From the NCBI GenBank assembly GCA_041496385.1, contig JBGQEL010000070.1, forward strand, positions 1 to 22,054: DNA of 22,054 bases, read 5' to 3'. The notes beneath the pieces are model-generated. The model was not told the DNA's origin, searched no databases, and saw nothing but the letters and a program-made list of their open reading frames with translations. The translations under genes were made by a program, and so were the position numbers. Positions 1-14,186 of the stretch are shown here, in pieces (the stretch's first letter is position 1; every line of letters begins with the position of its first letter). This DNA comes from Candidatus Methylomirabilia bacterium. GTDB lineage: Bacteria > Methylomirabilota > Methylomirabilia > Rokubacteriales > CSP1-6.

Positions 1-710
1 CACCAGGTCGCGTACGTCGAGAACTTGAAGCCGCGACGGTACTGGAACCGGTCCACCGCACGCAGCAGGCCGAGGTTGCCCTCCTGAACGAGGTCGAGCA
101 GGGGCATGCCGCTCCGCACGTAACGCTTGGCGATCGACACCACGAGGCGGAGGTTGGCCTCGGTGAGCTCCCGCTTCGCCTGGCGGACCGTGGCGTCGCT
201 CGCCTGGATCCGGGCCAGCAGCGGTCTGAAACGTCGCTCCGGAAGGCCCGCTTCCCTGCCCGAAAGGTCACGCAGACCGGCCACGAGGCTGTCCACGAGC
301 GCGGGTTTGAGAGGCAGCTCCGCGACGGTCGCCTGCATGGCTTCGCCGGGAACCCTCGTGGCCTGCGTATGACGGCGGAGGCGGGCGAAGGATCGGAGGA
401 CCGGCCTGAGCTCCTCGCGGCCGAGCTCGGTGCCATCGCCCGACACGAGGACGGCGTCGGCGAGGAGCTCCCCGCGACGGAGCTTCTCACCGATGTCCGC
501 GAGCTCGCGCATCGCCTTGGGGACGGCGCTGAGCGCGCCCTTGAGCTCGGTTTGGCCGGCCTCGATGCGCCGGCCGATCTCCACCTCCTGCGCGGCCGTC
601 AGCAGCGGCACCCGGCCCATCTCGCCGAGGTAGAGGCGGACGGGGTCCACCGGCCCCGACGGGGGCGCCGCCTGCTCCTCCTCCGGCGGCATCTGCTCAT
701 CCATCGTCAT
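1..710 (-). CDS. RpoD/SigA-family (group 1/2) sigma-70 factor, 3' end outside the window; no region 1.1
   Basis: Translated by hand (absent from the ORF track because it runs off the edge). ATG at 710, [12 protein letters not shown]..., region 1.2 [31 protein letters not shown], region 2 [56 protein letters not shown]. Confidence 0.93.
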   Translation of the reverse strand, partial: MTMDEQMPPEEEQAAPPSGPVDPVRLYLGEMGRVPLLTAAQEVEIGRRIEAGQTELKGALSAVPKAMRELADIGEKLRRGELLADAVLVSGDGTELGREELRPVLRSFARLRRHTQATRVPGEAMQATVAELPLKPALVDSLVAGLRDLSGREAGLPERRFRPLLARIQASDATVRQAKRELTEANLRLVVSIAKRYVRSGMPLLDLVQEGNLGLLRAVDRFQYRRGFKFSTYATW

Positions 711-744
711 GACTTTTCTTCGACGCCGTCGCGCCCGCGCGTAT

Positions 745-921
745 TCACGGCGCGATGGGAGATCTCGTGTCCCGCGTCGGGCACGGCGCGAAGTCGCGGA
801 TCGGGCACTTGAGCGCCGTCTGGATCTTGCCCCGGTAGAAGGGGTGCAGCCGCAGCGCGTCCTCGGAGGGGCGCCTCGCGCGGGCCAGCAGCTCTTCCTT
901 GTCCGGCCGTGCGGACGTCAT
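745..921 (-). pseudogene. Truncated N-terminal fragment of an NAD(P)-dependent malic enzyme (58 aa ORF)
   Basis: Manual translation [58 protein letters not shown]. The first ~44 aa resemble the start of short-type malic enzymes ([24 protein letters not shown]...KCxxRDF). Similarity stops before the expected YTPGVA motif. Confidence 0.7.
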
Positions 922-933
922 CGGCGCTTTCCG

Positions 934-1311
934 CTATCGCCTGAGCAGAGCCGCGATGTCCTTCGGAATGCGCCGATCGAAATCGGCCTTCCCGCCCGGC
1001 GCCACGGCCTCGCCGAGCACACGGTACACGACGCGCAGCGCGCGCTCGGCCTCGGGGACGTGCGTGTCCAGTGCGTGGCCGATGTGCTGGAGCAGTGCGT
1101 CGGGGGTCATCTTGAGATGGCGTGGCCGCTCGGCGAGCAGGTGAGACTTCAGGAATCCCGGCAGCTGGGTGACGAAGTGTCGCCGTGATTCGGAGTCCGG
1201 TAGCATCTGGGCCAGCGCGCTCGCCACCGCCTTCGAGCGTCGCTCGGCCTCCTTGCGGCTCGCGAGCGCGCCGCCTTCCTGCACCCGTGCCAGGAACTCA
1301 TCCTTGTTCAT
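934..1311 (-). CDS. DUF2267-like protein (125 aa)
   Basis: C-terminal part of ORF 934..1788: MNKDEFLARVQEGGALASRKEAERRSKAVASALAQML...QLPGFLK...EAERALRVVYRVLGEAV...IPKDIAALL, a duplicated helical pattern typical of DUF2267. ATG at 1311 with a G-rich SD. Confidence 0.8.
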   Translation of the reverse strand: MNKDEFLARVQEGGALASRKEAERRSKAVASALAQMLPDSESRRHFVTQLPGFLKSHLLAERPRHLKMTPDALLQHIGHALDTHVPEAERALRVVYRVLGEAVAPGGKADFDRRIPKDIAALLRR

Positions 1312-1336
1312 CACGGATCCCCCCGGCACTCGAGGT

Positions 1337-1351
1337 GCAAGCCCCGTACCT
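1337..1351 (-). promoter_or_regulatory. sigma-54 promoter for DUF2267 / malic relic / sigma-70 unit
   Basis: Minus strand AGGTAC-GGGGC-TTGC(A): GG-N10-GC spacing, 26 nt upstream of ATG 1311. Confidence 0.7.
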
Positions 1352-1423
1352 CCTCCTCCGGGAATTTCCGCCAGCAGATTCAGGCGATAGCCGGGCGCCG
1401 TCGAGTGCCTTCTGCCCGGCGCC

Positions 1424-1460
1424 CCGGGAGTTCCCGCCCCACTGAGGCACCGGCGTCGGA
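1424..1460. promoter_or_regulatory. Putative tandem enhancer (bEBP) sites, region 1a (degenerate)
   Basis: CCGGG-AGTTCCCG-CCCCA (1424-1441), 1-nt gap, TGAGG-CACCGGCG-TCGGA (1443-1460). Confidence 0.45.
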
Positions 1461-1461
1461 T

Positions 1462-1518
1462 TTTCCCGCGCCGCTGCTGCTGCAGATCCTGTGGGTCAAC
1501 CTCGTGACCGACGGGCTG
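1462..1518 (+). pseudogene. Relic of a P-type (IIA, Ca2+-type) ATPase transmembrane segment M6
   Basis: In-frame FPAPLLLQILWVNLVTDGL inside ORF 1405..1593 matches the conserved PL..xQILWVNLVTDGLPA motif; flanking sequence is unrelated. Confidence 0.65.
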
Positions 1519-1553
1519 GGGCCACCCGGCATCAGTGGGGTCGGGACTCCCCA
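1517..1553. promoter_or_regulatory. Putative tandem enhancer (bEBP) sites, region 1b
   Basis: TGGGG-CCACCCGG-CATCA (1517-1534), 1-nt gap, TGGGG-TCGGGACT-CCCCA (1536-1553); a further TGAGC half-site at 1556. Confidence 0.6.
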
Positions 1554-1609
1554 GCTGAGCGCGCCCGACGGCGCGGTGAACGAGGTGAAATGATTGAGGT
1601 TCCAGCGAG

Positions 1610-1624
1610 CGGCACCAGGCTTGC
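1610..1624 (+). promoter_or_regulatory. sigma-54 promoter for CBS-domain gene
   Basis: CGGCAC-CAGGC-TTGC(T), near consensus TGGCAC-N5-TTGC. Confidence 0.75.
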
Positions 1625-1709
1625 TCGAAAGCCGAGGCGCGTACGGCCGATGTCGCCGTGCGGACCGATGCTGTGGTGTGGATCGAACAGAAAATCGGGG
1701 GGCGAGGCG

Positions 1710-2291
1710 ATGGCACATCGAAGACGCGGAGCCAGCAGGCCGGGGCCGACATGGCTGGAACCGGTGCCCGTCGAGAAATGGATGGCACAGCCGGTGGTCA
1801 CGATCCCCGAGGATGCCCTCGTGGGAGAGACCGTCGAGCTGATGAAGGCGAAGAAGATCCGTCACCTGCCCGTCGTGGATGGCAACGGACGGCTCGTCGG
1901 GATCGTCACCGACCGCGATCTCCGCCAGATGATCTTCGATCCCTCGATCCAGGAGCGTCTCGGCGAGGCGGCCGCGGTCCTGAAAACCCGGACGGTGCGC
2001 GAGGTGATGACGTGGGGGGTCGTCACCGTGCGCCCCGAGAACGGGATCGGCCAGGCGGCCCGGCTGATGTACGAGCAGAAGATCGGGGCACTCCCGGTCG
2101 TCGACCAGGGCCGCGTCGTGGGGATCCTCACCGAACGCGACGTGCTGCGGGCATTCGAGCGGCTGGTCCGCGAGCGCACGACGACGGTGCGCCCGATCGG
2201 CGAGACGAGGAGCGAGGGCGATTTCTACGACTACGGCTTCCCGGAGCCTTCCAGCGGCGAGCCCTGGGAGAACGCGGGGGGCGAGCGCTGA
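1710..2291 (+). CDS. CBS-domain pair protein (AcuB/Hrp1-like), ~193 aa
   Basis: Two CBS repeats: VEKWMAQPVVTIPED...IRHLPVVDGNGRLVGIVTDRDL and VREVMTWGVVTVRPE...IGALPVVDQGRVVGILTERDVL. Start moved to ATG 1710 (GGGCGAGG SD, downstream of the promoter). Confidence 0.92.
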   Translation: MAHRRRGASRPGPTWLEPVPVEKWMAQPVVTIPEDALVGETVELMKAKKIRHLPVVDGNGRLVGIVTDRDLRQMIFDPSIQERLGEAAAVLKTRTVREVMTWGVVTVRPENGIGQAARLMYEQKIGALPVVDQGRVVGILTERDVLRAFERLVRERTTTVRPIGETRSEGDFYDYGFPEPSSGEPWENAGGER

Positions 2292-2300
2292 CGCGAGCGA

Positions 2301-2324
2301 GCGGGATCGGGTGTCCGATCCCGC
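2301..2324. terminator. Hairpin between convergent CBS and fbp genes (possible bidirectional terminator)
   Basis: Perfect 10-bp stem GCGGGATCGG-gtgt-CCGATCCCGC; no U-tract. Confidence 0.55.
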
Positions 2325-2327
2325 CGT

Positions 2328-3470
2328 CTAGCCGTCCCGTCGGACCGTGAACTCCCGCTCGAGGGCGCCGAGCGTGTCGACGATGCCGGTATATGCGAGC
2401 TCCGCGTGCGATGCCATGGTGGAACCGATGCATCCCTGGCGGCGCCACTCGTCCGCCTTCCGCTGCACCTTGAGGCGCGTGGCGTCCCAGGCGACGTTGC
2501 CGAACACGTCCAGGTACTCCGTGGTGAACCGCGCCGCGGCGTCCATCGAGAAGGCCAGGCACGAGACGACCGGCAGGCAGTAGGCTCCCGCGACCGCAGT
2601 ATTGATCGCGACCGGCATGATCGGCATCACGTGCGAGCCGCGGCAGTCGCCCGTCACGAAGTGGCCGAGCAGGTAGGGCTCCACCACTTCCTCGGGCGCG
2701 GGGAAGATGCCCTGTGTGCGCACGACGGCGACCGGGTCGTCCTTGCCGGTGTACTTGCCCGCGATGTTGTGCAGTCGCGTCGCCGACACCGACACGATCT
2801 GCTCGTCCGGCTTCCAGCGCGAGTGAACCGATTCGATCGCGAAGCGGTCGGGGTTCTGCAGGAGGCAGGCGACGTCCCACGCCCGCTCCGGGACGTCGAG
2901 GACGATGATGTGATCGCCACCGCCCGCCTTGTGGTCCATGTCGATGATCGTCAGCCTGAAGCCCTTGTGGAGCTTCGAGCTCAGGAGGAGTCCGCCGTTG
3001 TGCATCGGATCGCAGAAGAGGGAATACAGCGGGTAGTTGTAGGCGCCCGGCCCGCACTTGTCGGCCGCGAAGACCAGGAAGGGCTCGGCGGGGCGGTCGT
3101 GGCTCGCGGGATCGCGGTCGAACTCGATCTCGGCGACGGCCGGTCCGGCGCCGCGGACGTTGCCGGAGGGCGCGTCCACGAGGAGGTCTTGGCCCGCACC
3201 GTAGAGACCCGCGCGGCGCGCTTCGTCCGTCGCCGCGAGAAAGCTGTCCCACGCGAAGCGGTGGATCTCCCGGGCGCCCGCGCCGCGCGTGTGGCTCATG
3301 ATGATGGCGATGTCGTCGCCCGTGTAGGTGACGAGACCGTCCAGTAGCAGGTTGGAGCGCACGGCATCGCGAACCCGGCCGCGCACCGCCTCGAGCATGC
3401 GCTCCGAGGGGCGGGTATGCCCGCCGATCGAGCCCACGTCTGCTTTGATGACCGAGAGCGTGACCTTCAC
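2328..3470 (-). CDS. fbp: Fructose-1,6-bisphosphate aldolase/phosphatase (class V FBPase)
   Basis: MKVTLSVIKADVGSIGGH, GDDIAIIMSH, GLYGAGQDLLVDAPSGNVRGAGP, ADKCGPGAYN and the catalytic loop AGKYTGKDDP. Confidence 0.95.
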   Translation of the reverse strand: MKVTLSVIKADVGSIGGHTRPSERMLEAVRGRVRDAVRSNLLLDGLVTYTGDDIAIIMSHTRGAGAREIHRFAWDSFLAATDEARRAGLYGAGQDLLVDAPSGNVRGAGPAVAEIEFDRDPASHDRPAEPFLVFAADKCGPGAYNYPLYSLFCDPMHNGGLLLSSKLHKGFRLTIIDMDHKAGGGDHIIVLDVPERAWDVACLLQNPDRFAIESVHSRWKPDEQIVSVSATRLHNIAGKYTGKDDPVAVVRTQGIFPAPEEVVEPYLLGHFVTGDCRGSHVMPIMPVAINTAVAGAYCLPVVSCLAFSMDAAARFTTEYLDVFGNVAWDATRLKVQRKADEWRRQGCIGSTMASHAELAYTGIVDTLGALEREFTVRRDG

Positions 3471-3489
3471 GGCGGGCTCCCTCTTTTCG

Positions 3490-3996
3490 CTACTTCAGGA
3501 GCTCGATGGCCTCTTTTGCCTTGCCGGCGGAGAGTGCCATGTCGCCCTTCTTGCACGCCGCCTCCGCCTCGCGAACGAGCTTTCGCGCGTCGCCGAGCCG
3601 GGGCGCCTGGACGTCCTGGCCGCGGGGCGCCTGAACATCCTGCTGCTTGTCGCGCGGGGCCTGCGTCTCCTGCTGCTTGGGCGCCTGGACGTCCTGGCCG
3701 CGGGGCGCTTGAACATCCTGCTGCTTGCCGCGCGGGGCCTGCGTCTCCTGCTGCTTGGGCGCCTGGACGTCCTGGCCGCGGGGCGCCTGGACATCCTGCT
3801 GCTTGCCGCCGGCGAGTTGGCGCGGCGCCTGCGTCTCCTGCCCGCGTGCCGTCGTCCGTTTCCCGGCCGCCGCTCGGCCGAGGAGCGTCTTGGCCTCCGC
3901 CACTTCAGGCGGGCACTTGTCCGCGGCGAGCGCGATCGGCGCCGACGGCAGGCCAAGCAGCGCGCTCGCGAGTACGACGGCACAGATCTTCTTCAT
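3490..3996 (-). CDS. Secreted protein with internal QDVQAPR/QETQAPR repeats between two Cys-containing helices
   Basis: Signal peptide MKKICAVVLASALLGLPSAPIALA; mature DKCPPEV...; repeats; C-terminal EAEAACKKGDMALSAGKAKEAIELLK; AGAGGA SD. Confidence 0.85.
   Translation of the reverse strand: MKKICAVVLASALLGLPSAPIALAADKCPPEVAEAKTLLGRAAAGKRTTARGQETQAPRQLAGGKQQDVQAPRGQDVQAPKQQETQAPRGKQQDVQAPRGQDVQAPKQQETQAPRDKQQDVQAPRGQDVQAPRLGDARKLVREAEAACKKGDMALSAGKAKEAIELLK
3601..3808. repeat. 78-bp coding tandem repeat (~2.6 copies; 26-aa unit GKQQDVQAPRGQDVQAPKQQETQAPR)
   Basis: gggcgcctggacgtcctggccgcggggcgc recurs at 3601, 3679 and 3757. Confidence 0.92.
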
Positions 3997-4025
3997 GGTC
4001 GTTCCTCTCTGCGTTTCGCCTGGTG

Positions 4026-4247
4026 TCAGGCGGTGGCGAGCTTGAGCTCGACCTCTCTGTCGAAGTGCTGCTTCAGGTGCGCGAGAATCTTGTGAAGCTG
4101 TTCCTCGTCCGTCTGCCGCATGTAGCTCCAGATCTGCTGGCAGCTCGTGCAGTCCTTGGCGTCCCTGAGGAACGTCGGATAGCGATGCAGGCCCTTCGAC
4201 AGTACGGCTCCGGTCTCCATCAGGTTGTAGATCTCGTTCTTGAGCAT
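4026..4247 (-). CDS. Small helical protein with CxxC (half-ferritin-like), 73 aa
   Basis: MLKNEIYNLMETGAVLSKGLHRYPTFLRDAKDCTSCQQIWSYMRQTDEEQLHKILAHLKQH; strong SD AAAGGAGA. Confidence 0.85.
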   Translation of the reverse strand: MLKNEIYNLMETGAVLSKGLHRYPTFLRDAKDCTSCQQIWSYMRQTDEEQLHKILAHLKQHFDREVELKLATA

Positions 4248-4281
4248 CGTCGTTCTCCTTTCGTTAAGCGAGAATGATTGT

Positions 4282-4296
4282 GCAATGGCGCTGCCA
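4282..4296 (-). promoter_or_regulatory. sigma-54 promoter for 73aa / QAPR / fbp operon
   Basis: Minus strand (C)TGGCAG-CGCCA-TTGC(A). Confidence 0.8.
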
Positions 4297-4395
4297 GGCG
4301 GGCGTGAAACGGGGGCCGCGCCGATTACGCTTTAGTCTCGCGCGCGCGGCGCTCACGGCGCCACAAGGGAGTGGGTGAAGCGCACTAGGCAAGAT

Positions 4396-4432
4396 TGCGG
4401 CGAGGGCGGGACACAGGGGCGGTGGTGTCCCA
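4396..4432. promoter_or_regulatory. Putative tandem enhancer sites, region 2
   Basis: TGCGG-CGAGGGCG-GGACA (4396-4413), 1-nt gap, AGGGG-CGGTGGTG-TCCCA (4415-4432). Confidence 0.6.
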
Positions 4433-4483
4433 CCAACGGCGGCACGACGGCGCGTCAAGTGGGCGATTCGGAGGGCTTCGGAC

Positions 4484-4498
4484 TGGCATCGGGCTCGC
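4484..4498 (+). promoter_or_regulatory. sigma-54 promoter for lon-ligA-HAD-fadD operon
   Basis: (C)TGGCAT-CGGGC-TCGC(A), GG-N10-GC. Confidence 0.7.
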
Positions 4499-4514
4499 AT
4501 GCGTATTGAGCGCC

Positions 4515-10443
<5,929 letters not shown>

Positions 10444-10454
<11 letters not shown>

Positions 10455-12237
10455 GACGCTCACCCGCATGCTCTGGGCCCGCGTGGCGGAAAGCGCGGGC
10501 CGCCCCGCGGAGATGGTCAAGGCGCACGGCCGCTGGCGCACGCTCGTCTGGCGGGAGGTCGGCGACGCCGTGCGGGAGCTGGCGCTCGGGCTCCTGGCGC
10601 TCGGCCGGCGGCGCGGGGAGGCGGTCGCGATCCTCTCGCGGAGCCGCGCCGAGTGGGTGCACGCCGACTTCGCGATCCTCTCCGCAGGGTGTATCACGGT
10701 CCCGATCTATCCGAGCTACACGTCCGAGCAGGTCGCCTCGATCGTCAACGACGCCGAGGCCCGGACGCTGATCGTCGAGGATGCCGCCCAGCTCGCCAAG
10801 GCCCTCGAGGTACGGGACCGGATGCCCGGGCTCGCCGACATCGTGGTGATCCAGGACGACGAGCCCCACGCCCCGCCGGTTCACACGTGGACCGGCCTGC
10901 GGCGCCTCGGGCGCGAGCGCGCCGAGGCGCTGGCGCCCGCGCTCGCCGACCGCATGGCGTCGGTTCGCGGCGCGGACGTGGCGACGATCGTCTATACCTC
11001 CGGCACGACGGGTGAGCCCAAGGGGGTCGTCCAGACGCACGCGAATCACACGGCGTCGCTCGACGCCGTCGCCCGGATCCCCGGCATCGAGCCGGGCGAC
11101 GTGCACCTGCTCTTCCTCCCGCTCGCCCACGCCTTCGCGCGGCTCGAGGCGTTCGTCGGCGTCCACCGGGGGCTCGTCACGGCGTTCGCGGAGAGCCTGG
11201 ACCACGTCGCGGACAACCTGCGCGAGGTCCGCCCCCACTTCATCTTCGCCGTGCCGCGGGTGTTCGAGAAGGTCCACGCGAAGATCACGAGCGACGTCGC
11301 CGCGAGCTCGGCGGTGAGGCGCCGCGTGTTCGGCTGGGCGATGGGCGTCGGCACGCGGGCGTCGCGGTCGGTCCAGGCGGGCCGGCCGATTCCCCGCTCG
11401 CTCGCTCTCCGGCGCGCGCTCGCACACCGGCTGGTGTTCTCGAAGCTCCACGCGGCGCTCGGCGGGCGGCTCCGGTTCGCGGTGTCGGGTGGCGCGCCAC
11501 TGCCCCTGGAGATCGCCGAGTTCTTCCACGCCGCCGGGATCCTGATCGTCGAGGGCTACGGCCTCACCGAGACGTGTCCGGCGCTGACCTTCAACCGGAT
11601 CGACCGCTTCAAGTTCGGGTCGGTCGGCCAGGCGCTGGCGGGCGTCGAGCTGCGGCTGGCGGCCGACGGCGAGATCCTCGCCCGCGGCCCGAACCTCGCC
11701 ACGCGCGGCTACTGGAAGCGACCGGCCGCCACGGCCGAGGTGTTCGACGCCGAGGGCTGGTTCCACACGGGCGACATCGGCCGCATCGACCAGGAGGGCT
11801 TCCTTTACATCACCGATCGGAAGAAGGACCTCATCGTGACCTCGGGCGGGATCAACATCGCGCCGCAGCTCGTGGAGAACCTCCTCCGGGCCGATCCGTT
11901 CGTGAGCCAGGCCATGGTATACGGCGATCGGCGCCCGTACCCCGTGGCGCTCGTCACGCTGAACCCGCACGAGGTCGCGCGGTTCGCCTGCGCGGCGGGC
12001 CTCCTCGTCGAGGATCTCGCGCGGCTCGGCCGGCACCCGAGGGTGGTCGAGCGCGTCGAGCACATCGTGGAGGCGACGAACGCGCGGCTGCCGTCCTACG
12101 CGCGCATCAAGAAGTTCGCCGTCCTGCCCGAGGAGCTCACCGAGGAGGGCGGCGAGCTCACGCCGACGCAGAAGGTGAAGCGGCGGATCGTGGCGGACAA
12201 GTACCGGGAGGTGCTCGAGGGGCTGTACCGCGACTAG
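10444..12237 (+). CDS. Long-chain fatty acid-CoA ligase (FadD15/FAA1-like)
   Basis: YTSGTTGEPKG, LPLAHAF, VPRVFEK, SGGAPL, EGYGLTET, WFHTGDIG, DRKKDLIVTSGG, ELTPTQKVKR. GTG 10444 with GAGGAG SD. Confidence 0.93.
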
Positions 12238-14000
12238 AGCACGCAGGCTCCGGGATCGCACTTGGCGAAGACCTCGCGCGCGGCGGCCTCTTCGCCCGTG
12301 CCGAGGGTGAGGACCTGTCCCGCCCTCGAGCCCGAACGGTAGATCGTCACCCCCTTCAGGCCGAGTCGCCAGCCCTCGAGGTAGGCGCGGGCGACGTCGT
12401 CCGGCTCGGCGTCCTCCGGCAGGTTGATGGTCTTGGAGACGGCGTTGTCCACGTGACGCTGGAACGCCTGCTGGATCAGGAGATGACGGTGCACGTCCAT
12501 CTCCATGGCGGTGACGAAGAGGCGCCGCGTCGTCTCGGGTACGCCCGGCGCGTCGCGGAGCGTGCCGCGGGCGAGGACCCGAGCGATCACCTCGTCCACG
12601 GCGAGTCCGCGCGCCTGGGCGTGGCGGAGGAAGACCGGGTTGACCTCGACCAGCGGTGGTCCGCCGAGCGTGTGCGCGCGGCGATAGGCGAGGGCGAAGA
12701 GCGACTCGATCCCGCCGCTCGTCCCGGCGATGATGCTGAGCGTCCCGGTCGGCGCGATCGAGAGGAGCGCGGCGTTGCGCTGTCGCTCGCCCGTGGCGGC
12801 CGGGATGCTGGACGTCCAGTTCGGGAACGCGCCGCGCGTTGCGGCGAGCTCGCGGGACGCCGCGCGCGCCTCGCTGGCGATGAAGGCCATCATGCGGTCG
12901 GCCCAGGCGATCGCGTCGGGGGCGTCGTAGGGGACGCCCAGCAGGATCAGGCTCTCCGCGAAGCCCATGACGCCGAGGCCGACCTTCCGGGTCCCGCGCG
13001 TCATGGCGGCGACCTCGGGGAGCGGGTCGTGGTTCACCTCGATCACGTCGTCCAGGAACCGCACGCCCGCGCGGACGGCGCGACGCAGCCGGTCCCAGTC
13101 GAGGTCGGCCTCGCCGCGGACCATGTGGGCCAGGTTGACCGAACCCAGCACGCAGCTCTCCCAGGGAAGGAGGGGCACCTCGCCGCAGGGATTCGTCGCC
13201 TCGATCTCGCCGAGCGCGGGCGTGGGGTTGGCGCGGTTGATCGCGTCGAGGTAGAGGAGCCCCGGGTCGCCGCTCCGCCACGCCGCGTCCACGATACGAT
13301 CGAATACGGCGCGGGCGGAGCGCCGGCCGACGGGCCGCCGGTGTCGTGGATGCGCCAGCTCGTAATCCTCCCCCCTGCCGACGGCGCGCATGAAGGCGTC
13401 GGTGACGGCGACCGAGAGGTTGAAGTTCTGGAGGCTCTGGCCGGAGAGCTTCGCGTCGACGAACTCGAGAACGTCGGGGTGATCGACGCGCAGGACGCCC
13501 ATGTTCGCGCCACGACGCCGCCCGCCCTGCTTGATGTTCTGCGTCGCGCAGTCGAAGATCCGCATGAACGAGACCGGGCCCGACGCTTCCCCACCGGTCG
13601 AGGCGAGCGCGTCGCCTCGGGGTCGGAGGCGCGAGAACGAGAAGCCCGTGCCGCCGCCGCTCCGCTGCAGGAGCGCCATCGCCTTGAGCGCGTCGAAGAT
13701 CGACTCCATCGTGTCGTCGATCGGGACGACGAAGCAGGCGCTGAGCTGGCCGAGCGGCGTCCCGGCGTTCATGAGAGTCGGCGAGTTCGGCAGGAAGTCC
13801 AGTCCGGCGAGGAGCTCGTGGAAGGTCTCCTCCCACCGGGCGGCGACGCCGGCCGACCCGAACGCGAGCTCCGCCTGCGCCACCGCGTGCGCGACGCGCC
13901 TCATGAGCTCCTCCGGTGTCTCGATGACTCGTCGCGCGCTGTCTCTCCTGAGGTACCGCGCCTCGAGCACGCGCCGTGCGCTGGACGACAGCTGCGTCAT
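12234..14000 (-). CDS. nrdJ: Adenosylcobalamin-dependent (class II) ribonucleotide reductase, compact form (588 aa)
   Basis: VLEARYL, FLPNSPTLMNAG..GQLSACFV, GGGTGFSFS, QGGRRRGANM, ATNPCGE, ESCVLGS, IAPTGT, SKTINLP, KGVTIYR, C-terminal CDPGAC. Start ATG 14000. Confidence 0.93.
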   Translation of the reverse strand: MTQLSSSARRVLEARYLRRDSARRVIETPEELMRRVAHAVAQAELAFGSAGVAARWEETFHELLAGLDFLPNSPTLMNAGTPLGQLSACFVVPIDDTMESIFDALKAMALLQRSGGGTGFSFSRLRPRGDALASTGGEASGPVSFMRIFDCATQNIKQGGRRRGANMGVLRVDHPDVLEFVDAKLSGQSLQNFNLSVAVTDAFMRAVGRGEDYELAHPRHRRPVGRRSARAVFDRIVDAAWRSGDPGLLYLDAINRANPTPALGEIEATNPCGEVPLLPWESCVLGSVNLAHMVRGEADLDWDRLRRAVRAGVRFLDDVIEVNHDPLPEVAAMTRGTRKVGLGVMGFAESLILLGVPYDAPDAIAWADRMMAFIASEARAASRELAATRGAFPNWTSSIPAATGERQRNAALLSIAPTGTLSIIAGTSGGIESLFALAYRRAHTLGGPPLVEVNPVFLRHAQARGLAVDEVIARVLARGTLRDAPGVPETTRRLFVTAMEMDVHRHLLIQQAFQRHVDNAVSKTINLPEDAEPDDVARAYLEGWRLGLKGVTIYRSGSRAGQVLTLGTGEEAAAREVFAKCDPGACVL

Positions 14001-14013
14001 CCCGCACAGCGCT

Positions 14014-14028
14014 GCAGCCAGTCTGCCA
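14014..14028 (-). promoter_or_regulatory. sigma-54 promoter for nrdJ
   Basis: Minus strand (C)TGGCAG-ACTGG-CTGC(A). Confidence 0.72.
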
Positions 14029-14082
14029 GCGCGGAACTGCCAGTGACCAAAGGTGGATCGCTCGGCCGGCCGGCCGGCCCGG

Positions 14083-14120
14083 TGTCCCGGCACCGCCACA
14101 GTTGAGGCAGGTCGGTCCCG
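14083..14120. promoter_or_regulatory. Putative tandem enhancer sites, region 3
   Basis: TGTCC-CGGCACCG-CCACA (14083-14100), 2-nt gap, TGAGG-CAGGTCGG-TCCCG (14103-14120). Confidence 0.6.
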
Positions 14121-14171
14121 TCGCCACGCTCCGCCGCGGGCGAAACCCCGCGAAAAGGCGGCCGTCACCGC

Positions 14172-14186
14172 TGGCTGAGCGTTTGC
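14172..14186 (+). promoter_or_regulatory. sigma-54 promoter for mini Zn-finger gene
   Basis: (C)TGGCTG-AGCGT-TTGC(A). Confidence 0.75.

Noticed and set aside
127..1188. Plus-strand ORFs 127-372, 369-812 and 709-1188
   Set aside because: Antisense shadows of the sigma factor, malic relic and DUF2267 genes.
1672..1687. CRP/FNR-like site TGTGG-N6-TCGAA
   Set aside because: Poor match, lies downstream of the predicted promoter, and is not repeated in the other regions.
3601..3808. Repeats as a CRISPR array
   Set aside because: Contiguous in-frame coding repeats with no unique spacers and no cas genes.
4408..4432. GGGAC...GTCCC elements as DosR boxes
   Set aside because: The mycobacterial DosR box has GGGAC-N4-GTCCC with an AT-rich core. 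Spacing and core differ here, and the sites accompany sigma-54 promoters.
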